Assembly (NCBI GenBank): GCA_034520215.1
Contig: JAXHNR010000001.1
Coordinates: forward strand, 732,560-796,559
DNA from: Candidatus Krumholzibacteriota bacterium
GTDB taxonomy: Bacteria; Krumholzibacteriota; Krumholzibacteriia; Krumholzibacteriales; WJIX01
Length of the DNA: 64,000 nucleotides
Direction: 5' to 3'
Numbering within the stretch: the first letter of the stretch is position 1; each line of letters begins with the position of its first letter. A program made the translations under genes and the position numbers. Under the pieces are notes generated by a model that was not told the origin of the DNA, searched no databases, and saw nothing but the letters and a program-made list of their open reading frames with translations. Of the stretch, positions 37,316-46,095 are shown piece by piece.

Positions 37316-37467
37316 TTTAGATTCAAATGTGATCATCAGGCTGTAATTCTGAGAATTTTCTAATGTCAAGAATAATAGAGGAAACATAAACACCGGAAGC
37401 AAGAACGTTAGTTACTTTTACATTTGTGTTTATGGTGACTCATAGATTTGCCTTGAATGGATTAAGT

Positions 37468-37908
37468 TTATTTTTCTCCCCATTTTTCCTTTGTTATTTT
37501 CTTAAGCAGACTATCAATCTGAGTGCGTATTCTTATATTCTGGTCGGGTTCAAATAGAGCTTTTTTGACTCTGCCCTCATGGTCTTTCTTGACGTATCTT
37601 AGTGCTTTAATATTTTCGAGAGGTGTTAGTATATCCTTACTCACTCTGACTTCAATGCTTTTGTCATCGAGGTTTTTATTCGGACTGTTATACGGGTGCA
37701 TTCCCATTCCCCATCCATGAACGAACATGCTGCATATAATTGCTCTGAAAGTATTCTGTTTTTGGACTGAATCCAAATCAAAAGTTTCCTGAAATTTGTC
37801 AATCATTCCATCTATAATAATTCGGAGTTTCTTTATTTTCTTTTCATCCGGTTCAATATTAAGAAGGCGCTGGAAAACCTCTCTTAATATCTTTTCTGTA
37901 ATTTCCAT
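37468..37908 (-). CDS. Hypothetical protein (146 aa)
   Basis: ATG at 37908 preceded by an AAGGAGG ribosome-binding site on the - strand. No recognisable domain. The ORF-track call to 38031 lacks a ribosome-binding site and is probably an over-extension. Confidence 0.4.
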   Translation of the reverse strand: MEITEKILREVFQRLLNIEPDEKKIKKLRIIIDGMIDKFQETFDLDSVQKQNTFRAIICSMFVHGWGMGMHPYNSPNKNLDDKSIEVRVSKDILTPLENIKALRYVKKDHEGRVKKALFEPDQNIRIRTQIDSLLKKITKEKWGEK

Positions 37909-38138
37909 TCGAAACCTCCTTAGTATTGAAATAAAGAGTAAAGTTAGATATTCATATTGAACAACAAGCAAAAAAGAGACCAGATAACAATCTCGAACCG
38001 GGATATAATACCGTTCGAATAATATCACCATAAAACAATTGCCGCAAAATTCACTTCAAGAAAATATATTGAAGATAATGTTATAAATGGCATATTTCTG
38101 GCTTCGTTCAGTGTAAGGTAAAGCGGAAGGGAGTATCA

Positions 38139-38549
38139 ATGCAGCTTTGTGATGAAAAAACAATTTTTATGCAAAAAGCCATTTATTACGTTACCAGTCT
38201 GGTTGCCGCGAGAGGAATTGTAGAATTAACAGACAGAAACCTTAATTTTCAAGTTTCAGCGCTGGATTCGTCTTTTGGATTGAAAAATGTTTCATTGGAT
38301 GTTTGTACGATATCTTCCGTTAGAATAGCCGGAGGAAATCTGCGTCCGGCTATAATCATAACTGTAGCTGACAAGGATTATCAATTTGTACTCCCAAACG
38401 CATCGGTATTATATGACCATTTGTATGTACTCAGGAATAATCCGGTTAAAACCTTCTCGTCAACGAAAGATTCCCTTTTTGAGTGTGAATGCGGAAAAAG
38501 GTTCAGCAAAAGTTATAGATATTGTCCCTGGTGCGGCAAAAAATCATAG
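38139..38549 (+). CDS. Hypothetical protein with a C-terminal zinc ribbon (CECG…CPWCG)
   Basis: The ORF carries a C-terminal CxC…CxxC motif. The N-terminal part may be a small PH/GRAM-like beta-sandwich, which is a guess. Confidence 0.35.
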   Translation: MQLCDEKTIFMQKAIYYVTSLVAARGIVELTDRNLNFQVSALDSSFGLKNVSLDVCTISSVRIAGGNLRPAIIITVADKDYQFVLPNASVLYDHLYVLRNNPVKTFSSTKDSLFECECGKRFSKSYRYCPWCGKKS

Positions 38550-38671
38550 AAGCCCCCTCTATATGTATATTTTTTGTTTGTATGTTCCATCCAGATTCAT
38601 TAATTTATAGATGAGATATAATATTGACCATATACTGGAGATTCAGATACTTGGTTCATACGGAGGTTGTA

Positions 38672-39454
38672 ATGAGGCGGATTATATTACTATTTGTCGG
38701 ATTAATTTTTCTTTTGGGATGTGAGGAAGAATCAGTACAGAAAATAGATCCTTATGCAACCGAGCTGGGAGATGAAAATGCCGGCGGCTACGTTGTGATT
38801 AGGGGAGAAAATTGTTATCCAATAGGATTATATATTCATATTGATCATGATACAGTTCCCTTTGGAATGATTTCCTCCGATGAACCCGCTTTATTGAACC
38901 TGTCTCCGGGAACGCACCATCTTTCAGTTAAAAGCAACGGCGGCGTTATAGTTTTTGATGATGACGAAAATCCTATTTCCAAAGTCTATATGCAATGGGA
39001 CAAGGAGATTGAGGCTGAAGCTGATTACGCGCCCCTGGTACCGCTGGATTGTGACAGCGCTGTACTTGATTCAGTGCCTTGGGAAGATGACGGATATGAA
39101 GAGAATGACAGATACAGCGCCGCATATGATTTAACTGGGGATGAAGGCAGAAAGCTCGATTTGATCGATGGCAATGGAATGCAATTCGATGATGACTGGT
39201 ACGAGATATATGTGGCTTCGGGTGATACTCTAGTTGAAGTTACTTGTGAATTTACCCATATTAGAGGGGATATAGATATAGAACTTTATGATTCTTTAGT
39301 TAATGTTGTTTCTTCTTCTAATTCCTCAGCACCGGGCTCAGACAATGAGTTCATAAGTTGGGTTGTTTCATCGGGCGGAACTTACTATATCAGGGTATAT
39401 GGAGATGACTCTGGTAATGAGTATAACCTGTTGTGGAACAGTCTTTCTCCATAA
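38672..39454 (+). CDS. Lipoprotein with a C-terminal PPC (pre-peptidase C-terminal)-like domain
   Basis: Lipobox LLGC (MRRIILLFVGLIFLLGCEE). The C-terminal DDDWYEI…GDIDIELYD…GTYYIRVYG resembles the PPC/collagenase beta-sandwich. The start is taken at the internal Met; the ORF-track start at 38624 is upstream of the signal peptide. Confidence 0.45.
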   Translation: MRRIILLFVGLIFLLGCEEESVQKIDPYATELGDENAGGYVVIRGENCYPIGLYIHIDHDTVPFGMISSDEPALLNLSPGTHHLSVKSNGGVIVFDDDENPISKVYMQWDKEIEAEADYAPLVPLDCDSAVLDSVPWEDDGYEENDRYSAAYDLTGDEGRKLDLIDGNGMQFDDDWYEIYVASGDTLVEVTCEFTHIRGDIDIELYDSLVNVVSSSNSSAPGSDNEFISWVVSSGGTYYIRVYGDDSGNEYNLLWNSLSP

Positions 39455-39484
39455 GAACCGAGAGCGATTTAAAGTTGTACGTAT

Positions 39485-39526
39485 ATATGCAACGCTGACC
39501 TCCGTCAGCGTTGCATATTTTTATTT
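39485..39526 (+). terminator. Rho-independent terminator (perfect 15-bp stem, 4-nt loop, T-tract)
   Basis: ATATGCAACGCTGAC-CTCC-GTCAGCGTTGCATAT followed by TTTTTATTT, about 30 bp after the stop of the 38672-39454 gene. Confidence 0.65.
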
Positions 39527-39854
39527 GTACTTATATAAATATGCCTCGTGACTCAGGCCGTATTATCATTATTATTCGCATTTTAAGAGATTTTCAACTC
39601 CGTTCGTTGAATCTGCTTGAGCGGAAATGGTATCATCCATTATAACTCATTGTTATAGAATGGATTATAGAAAACAACATAGCATTTTAGTGGCATGATA
39701 TTTGCTTTACTGTCATTGGAGCCGGAACTGTAAGCTTTCAGGTGATTACAACACTTTGACAGGAAATGCTTGAATGCCGCGGTTATGATTCAGCATTCTA
39801 GAGAATTACTAAAGCGGACAGTAGCATCTGCATAGGACTTGAGGATTAATTATT

Positions 39855-40973
39855 ATGGCTGTTTATAATATCAGGAATGAAGAAGTAACCGTTAAAATCG
39901 TTTATTATGGTCCGGGATTAAGTGGAAAAACAACAAACCTTGAACATATCTACTCGAAATTGCCCAGAGAAAACAAGGGTAAAATGGTTTCCATGAAGAC
40001 CAGAACGGACCGTACCCTGTTTTTTGATTTTCTCCCAATGAAAATCGAACATCTTAACAATACTTCAGTCAAATGCCTTTTATACACAGTGCCGGGCCAG
40101 GTATTTTACAATGCCACCCGCAAACTTGTTCTAAAAGGTGTAGACGCGATAGTATTCGTCGCGGATTCCTCTTCGGGTAAAATGGATGACAATCTGGAAA
40201 GTTTGGAGAATCTGGAAGAAAATCTTCGCCAAATAGGCAAGAATCTTGACGAGATACCCTGGGTTCTTCAATATAACAAACAGGATATTGACGGAGCATT
40301 AAACAGAGATATAATGGATGAAAACTTGAACAAATCTCATAAAATGTCTTTCGAAGCGGTTGCCACGAAAGGTAACGGTGTGTATGAGACATTTGAATCC
40401 ATTGTAGGTCTGGTTATGAGAAGTATAGAAAAAGATATATTGAGTAATAGATCCATCAGCTCTAAAAAAACTCATGGTAGTGAAAATAGAGAAGAAAAGA
40501 TAGAAGTTGACGCCGAGGTTGTGCCCAATTCGAAGTTGTATGATATCAGCTCAGAGGCGGATGAAAGTGAGTCTTTAAATAATAGCGCAGAGGAGAAAAA
40601 AGAGGAGCATGAGTCTGTCTCTGAGTTTGTTGATAATGTGCTCAGCGAAAATGAAGAAAGCGCTGAGTTTGAATCTTTAACAGGTGAATATGGAAATCAA
40701 GGCCATGTTGTAGAATTCCACGATGACAGAAATAATACACCCGAGCAGAGAAGAGAGAAAAAGGAAAATTCTGTTGCCACGGAGTTTATAAATGATCCGC
40801 TCGAAAGACTTGCTCATCTGGGGCAGGAGTCAAACGAGGAAGAAAAGGACGACAAAGAAATTGCCGATTTACATGAACCTGAAAATACAGTAAGAATACC
40901 GGTTAAACTATCAAAAACCGATTTAGAAAATCTTTCAAAGCTGCATATAATTATTGATTTATCAGCTGAGTAA
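39855..40973 (+). CDS. mglA: MglA-family Ras-like GTPase (mutual gliding-motility/polarity GTPase) with a roughly 175-aa acidic low-complexity C-terminal extension
   Basis: The first about 195 aa match Myxococcus MglA nearly motif for motif: KIVYYGPGLSGKTTNL (P-loop), TDRTLFFDFLP (switch I), the MglA-specific TVPGQ replacing DxxGQ, and YNKQD (NKxD). Residues 200-372 are Glu/Ser/Asp-rich. Confidence 0.8.
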   Translation: MAVYNIRNEEVTVKIVYYGPGLSGKTTNLEHIYSKLPRENKGKMVSMKTRTDRTLFFDFLPMKIEHLNNTSVKCLLYTVPGQVFYNATRKLVLKGVDAIVFVADSSSGKMDDNLESLENLEENLRQIGKNLDEIPWVLQYNKQDIDGALNRDIMDENLNKSHKMSFEAVATKGNGVYETFESIVGLVMRSIEKDILSNRSISSKKTHGSENREEKIEVDAEVVPNSKLYDISSEADESESLNNSAEEKKEEHESVSEFVDNVLSENEESAEFESLTGEYGNQGHVVEFHDDRNNTPEQRREKKENSVATEFINDPLERLAHLGQESNEEEKDDKEIADLHEPENTVRIPVKLSKTDLENLSKLHIIIDLSAE

Positions 40974-41077
40974 CATTTCCAGTAAAAAATAACAAAAAAA
41001 CACTTGACCATTTAATGATTTAATACAAATATTGGAGTGGGGGAGAAGTGTGTTAATGGAGTTTAGAAGGGTGAGAT

Positions 41078-41437
41078 ATGTCTAAAATACTTGTTGTAGA
41101 TGACGAAATTAATGTAAGGAAACTCTACAAAGAAGAATTTGAAAATGAAGGGTATGATGTAGTTTGTGTTGGCGATGTCAAAGGTGCTATTGATTCAGTG
41201 GAAAACGATTCACCCGATCTTATTATTCTCGATATAAAGCTTGAAAATGAGAGCGGAATCGACGCACTTGTACAAATTGTAGAAAGGCGAAAAGACATTC
41301 CGGTAATAATAAATTCCGCGTATTCTGTATATAAAGAGAATTTCAAAACCTGGGCTGCCGATGCCTATATAGTTAAATCTGTTGATTTTGAGCCCCTGAA
41401 AGAGAAGGTAAAAGAATTACTCCAAAAACAGAAATGA
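41078..41437 (+). CDS. Stand-alone CheY-like response-regulator receiver domain
   Basis: ILVVDDE…, phospho-acceptor Asp in LIILDIKL, conserved S/T (INSAYS) and K (YIVKS). At 119 aa it has no output domain. Confidence 0.75.
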   Translation: MSKILVVDDEINVRKLYKEEFENEGYDVVCVGDVKGAIDSVENDSPDLIILDIKLENESGIDALVQIVERRKDIPVIINSAYSVYKENFKTWAADAYIVKSVDFEPLKEKVKELLQKQK

Positions 41438-41444
41438 GTCTGCT

Positions 41445-41882
41445 ATGAAGATTCGATTACTGTTAATTCTTCCATTTCTGATTAGTTTATTCTCAGCGTC
41501 TACTAACGCGCAGAATAGAGATATACAGCCAAGTATCTTTTCTGATTATCTGAATAATGCCGTAACAGACGGGTCTATCTGTATACCCGGTCTTGATTTT
41601 AAGAGTTCGATGGGTGTTTCATTCGCCTCAAACGGGAATCAATCTCAAAGCCTGGGTTACTATATGGGACATTTTAACTACGGTTTTGGTCAATCATGGG
41701 ATTTGAATCTTGATGTAGGTGTGCGTTCTGTTTTTGGACAACAGACACAGGGGGCTTCTCCTGAAGTTTTTGTCCCAAATATTGACCTTACATACAATCC
41801 CCCGGACAGCAATTTTATGCTGCGGCTGCAGTTTCGTCAGTATAGATCTCTTTTCGGATATAGATACAGTCGGTGGAGATAG
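41445..41882 (+). CDS. Small secreted protein, possible outer-membrane beta-strand protein, function unknown
   Basis: Signal peptide MKIRLLLILPFLISLFSASTNA, alternating aromatic/polar pattern, C-terminal …FGYRYSRWR. Confidence 0.35.
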   Translation: MKIRLLLILPFLISLFSASTNAQNRDIQPSIFSDYLNNAVTDGSICIPGLDFKSSMGVSFASNGNQSQSLGYYMGHFNYGFGQSWDLNLDVGVRSVFGQQTQGASPEVFVPNIDLTYNPPDSNFMLRLQFRQYRSLFGYRYSRWR

Positions 41883-42170
41883 TCGCGGTATTTATTATAT
41901 ACGTTTATTTTATAAATTTCTTGAAAAAGCAGGCACCCTTCCTTTAGCGTAGATGCCAGTATTTAAGTGGACTTATTGAAGTTGGTTCCTTATCCCAGGC
42001 CGATTTATTCCATAGAAGAGTATTTGGTTTTTTCCCATATTGCGGTAAATTAGTTTGATAGGTGTAGAAATTGAGGCGGCAGAGGATTATATCCAAATGG
42101 TTGAATTTCTGTAATCGTAGGCTGTTTTGAAAGACAATCAAGGAGAGTTGAGGATGAAAGGGTATATATT

Positions 42171-43214
42171 ATGTATAAACGTTTTATAAGAGATCCGTTA
42201 ACTGTCAGGATTTTTGTCAAAATTGTACTTGCCTCTGCCGCGGCATTTATTTTCTTTAGTTGTTCCGAGGACAGTACTGAACCGTCCAATTCTGTTCCAG
42301 AATTGACTACTGCTGAAGTTATTGATATAACAGGTACTACCGCGAAATGCGGAGGAGTGATTACCTCTAGTGGAGGAGCAAGTGTTACGGCGCGGGGAGT
42401 ATGCTGGAGTGTTGAAGAGCTACCCTCCCTAGAGGATAGTACGACAAACGACGGGACGGGGGCAGGCAGTTTTACCAGTGAAATAACAGGGCTGACAGCT
42501 GAAACTGATTATTATATAAGGGCGTATGCAGTAAACAGCGCTGGAACAGGTTACGGAGACACAAAGGAGTTTTCTACTACAGTATTCGGTACCGTGACGG
42601 ATATAGACGGCAACATTTATGAAACAAGAAAAATTGGGAATCAGTGGTGGATGACAGAGAATCTTAAAGTAACCCATTACTTGAACGGGGATTCGATAGC
42701 TGAAGTAGAAGACGGAGCAGTATGGGATGGTCTGGCAGGTGGCGCGTGCTGCAATTACGACAATAATGCAAGTTACATAGTTACTTATGGAAAACTATAC
42801 AACTGGTTTGCTGTAAATGACAGCCGTGGTTTAGCCCCCGAGGGCTGGCATGTGGCAAGCGACGCGGAATGGCAGGAATTAGAAATCTTTATGGGTATGG
42901 ACCCTTCAGAAGCTGCAGATACGGGATATCGCGGAACGGATGAAGGTGGCAAACTAAAGGAAGCCGGAATTGAAAATTGGGCAAGTCCCAACACCGGAGC
43001 TACTAATGAAAGCGGTTTTACGGCTTTGCCGGGAGGTTACCGGGGGCTTGGTGGTGATTATTCTAGTATCCACAACTCCGCTTTATTATGGGTTACTACA
43101 TCGATAACTGAAACTTTCGCCTGGAGTAGAATGCTCAGTTCATCTGATGGATACATTACGCGTACTGGTAGAGATAAGAATTCTGGTTTTTCGGTCCGCT
43201 GTGTAAAAGATTGA
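42171..43214 (+). CDS. Lipoprotein with a Fibrobacter succinogenes major paralogous domain (Fib_succ_major, TIGR02145)
   Basis: Lipobox FFSCSED and an Ig/Fn3-like N-terminal domain. Hallmarks: GNIYETRKIGNQWWMTENL, KLYNW.A, PEGWHVASDAEW, and the terminal GFSVRCVKD. Confidence 0.7.
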   Translation: MYKRFIRDPLTVRIFVKIVLASAAAFIFFSCSEDSTEPSNSVPELTTAEVIDITGTTAKCGGVITSSGGASVTARGVCWSVEELPSLEDSTTNDGTGAGSFTSEITGLTAETDYYIRAYAVNSAGTGYGDTKEFSTTVFGTVTDIDGNIYETRKIGNQWWMTENLKVTHYLNGDSIAEVEDGAVWDGLAGGACCNYDNNASYIVTYGKLYNWFAVNDSRGLAPEGWHVASDAEWQELEIFMGMDPSEAADTGYRGTDEGGKLKEAGIENWASPNTGATNESGFTALPGGYRGLGGDYSSIHNSALLWVTTSITETFAWSRMLSSSDGYITRTGRDKNSGFSVRCVKD

Positions 43215-43375
43215 ATCATCGCCCGCATACTGTTACAAATCATCGACTGCCTTATAGGTTATAAAAATTGGAGAAACTCCAAAATATAAATAGACTTGAC
43301 AGTTGTTGTGTATCTGCTTTAGTTTTCGGATAGATATGTGCCGCGCATCAATATGATTTCCTGATTGGGGGTGCT

Positions 43376-44539
43376 ATGAAGCTGCGTTGGGAGAAGTTGC
43401 TTGAGCTGGCCCGGGGAACGGAAAAGCAAAGCAAAAAAAACAAATATTCCACGTCTGAAAAGGAACTAGTTGAAGGAAAAACAACACCTGAAGAAATACT
43501 TTCCTTTGCCGAAGAACTACTCGAGAGAAAAAAAAGGAGTGAAGCTGAAGAATTATTCATTAATCTTATATCAAACCCGGATATTAGCGAATCAAATCTG
43601 GCAAAGGTATGTGGTCTCCTTCAGGAAATCGGTAATTACGAGGCGGCTTATAAGGGTTATTCAGAATTAAGAAGAAGAGATGAAATGAACGCCCACCCGA
43701 TTTATTGTATGGGTAAAATTTTTGAGATTGAGGGCAAGTTATCAGACGCTATAAGATTGCACCGTGAAGCTATATCCGTAGAGCCCGGCAATCCGGAGTG
43801 TTATTTCAGGCTTGGAGTGGCATATACAAAAAACCATCAGTACGAAGAAGCTGAAAAGTGTTATAGACAGGCAATCACACTTGATCCTACTCATTCTAAA
43901 TCATATACAAATCTTGGCTATATACTCGATATGCACGGCAAACAGGATGTTGCCATGCAGCAATTTCTAAAGGCAGTCCAGCACAACCCAAAGAGCGCGG
44001 AGGCTCATTTCAACCTCGGCGCTCTCTTCGGGGATGACGGAAACAAGCAGCAGGCTATTAACGAATTCCGTGTCGGACTTGAACTTTCACCGACCTGTGT
44101 TGAAGGACGTTACAACCTTGGAATGGCACTTGTTAATGAAGGTCATTATGAAGAGGCGATGGAGGAATTTAAAAAGATTTTAAAGATTGAACCTGATAAT
44201 GTTAATGCTTTCTTCTATATAGGATATTTATACTTTCGTAAGGGCCTCTATGGAAAGGCGCTGAATTATCTTCGGCGTGCTTCAGAGTTAAATCCAGGAA
44301 ACACTAAAATACTGTTTTACGTGGGGGAATGCTTTAACAACTTGGAGCGTTCCGAAGAAGCACTTGGATATTATAAAGAAGTTGTTAATATAAACCCCCA
44401 TGACAAGAAAGCCTATTTCAGTCTTGCTGTAACGTATGAAAAACAGGGGTATATGGGCAAAGCCCGTGAGTGTTATAAAAAAGCGGCCAGTGGAAGGGAT
44501 GTGAGGCAGAAATCGATAAAAAGAGGAATTCTCGAGTGA
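43376..44539 (+). CDS. TPR-repeat protein
   Basis: Multiple canonical TPR units (…AHFNLGALF…, …GRYNLGMAL…, …AFFYIGYLY…). Confidence 0.6.
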   Translation: MKLRWEKLLELARGTEKQSKKNKYSTSEKELVEGKTTPEEILSFAEELLERKKRSEAEELFINLISNPDISESNLAKVCGLLQEIGNYEAAYKGYSELRRRDEMNAHPIYCMGKIFEIEGKLSDAIRLHREAISVEPGNPECYFRLGVAYTKNHQYEEAEKCYRQAITLDPTHSKSYTNLGYILDMHGKQDVAMQQFLKAVQHNPKSAEAHFNLGALFGDDGNKQQAINEFRVGLELSPTCVEGRYNLGMALVNEGHYEEAMEEFKKILKIEPDNVNAFFYIGYLYFRKGLYGKALNYLRRASELNPGNTKILFYVGECFNNLERSEEALGYYKEVVNINPHDKKAYFSLAVTYEKQGYMGKARECYKKAASGRDVRQKSIKRGILE

Positions 44540-46095
44540 AATCCCGATTTAAATCTGGGTTGCTGTTTTTACTTGTCGGGTGTATTTTTGTCATCCCTCC
44601 CATGAAGCTAAGCGGTTCCGACGAAAATATCAGCCCCGAAAGCTGGGTTTATTCCGCCCTTCGGACATTTGAACTTATAGGGTTAGTCCATCTCTCCCCG
44701 GAAATGCCCTATTCACGAAATAAAATCGAATTCTATCTGGATAGAATATTGCAGAATTTAAAAGATTCTGACAGTCGACTGAGCCCAAGACAGAACTTTT
44801 TACTCCGGCGGTTGAGGCAGGAGTTTCAGGGAAAGTCCCACAGGCCTCGCGACCGAGAAGACGCCCCCGTGTGGTTATACCAGAAGGGAAGAAGATTTTT
44901 GAGTTTTGATATGAGCGCCGGTATGTCTTTAAGAAAAAGAATAGAATACAGAAAGGGTGAACTCGACGGACTTCTTTCACCGGATATTCTGATAGATTCG
45001 GGAGGCGGCTTCACGTATGAAACGGTTTATAAATTAAGATTGCGCCCCGAATGGAATAATAATGTTACACATAGTAGAGTAAATGCCAGAGAGAAGAGTT
45101 TCAGGGGGTTAACATCTGAGTTTGAAAGAGGGTATATTTCAGTGCATCGTAATTGGTGGGGTGTTACACTGGGCCGCGATTACATTCACTGGGGCAACAG
45201 CAGGGATGACGGTTTGATTCTTTCATCCGGCGCCGGCCCGCTAGACCATTTGAGTGCATACATGGAGCTCGGGGTCTTTAAACTGAGTTTGCTTCATTCT
45301 ATCCTTGATTCAGATGCGGTTGATCCAAGGAAGCTCTCAGGACACAGGTTGTCTGTTAAGCTTCCGGGAGATATATACATTGGAATAAGCGAGACAGTTG
45401 TTTATTCGGGCAGGGGACTGGATTTTGCCTACCTGCTGCCGGCCGGTTCATATTACGCCAATCAATATAATGAAAATGAAAATAAGTGTAATAATATTTT
45501 GTGGGGGGTTGACTGGAAGGTACCGGCTTGCAGAGGGTTGCTCTTTTACGGCGAATTCCTTGTTGATGATTTTCAATATGAGAACAGAGATACAGCTCCA
45601 GACAAGATCGCGTTGAATTTGACTGCCGAGGCACTCCTTGTGGCTGGTGGACACGATATCGAGGCGCTGTTTGATTACACATATATAGGTATTTATACAT
45701 ATTCACACACCGGTTCTCTGACTGTATACACAACGGGCAGTGGCGATGATACGGGTACAGGCAGAATTATCGGCTCTTACCTGGGGCCTGACGCGGACAG
45801 GTGGAGATTTCGTTTTTCGGCCGCTCTCAGTCCGAATATAGTTATGAAATTAAACGGGAGTTACAGCAGATATGGAGAGGGCAATGATTTGCGTCCCTGG
45901 AGCGCGGAGGAGCATGAACCTGATCTGCCCTTTCCAAGCGGACTTGTAACTGAGGAAAAAGAAATATCAATTTCAGCTTCGTTTGATTTTACGGGCGGGT
46001 CTATTCTTTACGCGGGGACGGGAATGAGGTGGCTCGATTCTGACCTTTCTGAATCTGAGGGATTTGCTTATCTTAAATTATTGTTGGATATCTAA
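44536..46095 (+). CDS. Wzi-like capsule-assembly outer-membrane protein (Caps_assemb_Wzi family)
   Basis: Signal peptide. The N-terminal helical motif WVYSALRTFELIGLVHLSPEMPYSRNKIEFYL parallels E. coli Wzi LRNDLAWLSDRGVIHLSLSTWPLSQEEI. The remainder is beta-barrel-like. Overlaps the upstream gene by 4 nt. Confidence 0.5.
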   Translation: MKSRFKSGLLFLLVGCIFVIPPMKLSGSDENISPESWVYSALRTFELIGLVHLSPEMPYSRNKIEFYLDRILQNLKDSDSRLSPRQNFLLRRLRQEFQGKSHRPRDREDAPVWLYQKGRRFLSFDMSAGMSLRKRIEYRKGELDGLLSPDILIDSGGGFTYETVYKLRLRPEWNNNVTHSRVNAREKSFRGLTSEFERGYISVHRNWWGVTLGRDYIHWGNSRDDGLILSSGAGPLDHLSAYMELGVFKLSLLHSILDSDAVDPRKLSGHRLSVKLPGDIYIGISETVVYSGRGLDFAYLLPAGSYYANQYNENENKCNNILWGVDWKVPACRGLLFYGEFLVDDFQYENRDTAPDKIALNLTAEALLVAGGHDIEALFDYTYIGIYTYSHTGSLTVYTTGSGDDTGTGRIIGSYLGPDADRWRFRFSAALSPNIVMKLNGSYSRYGEGNDLRPWSAEEHEPDLPFPSGLVTEEKEISISASFDFTGGSILYAGTGMRWLDSDLSESEGFAYLKLLLDI

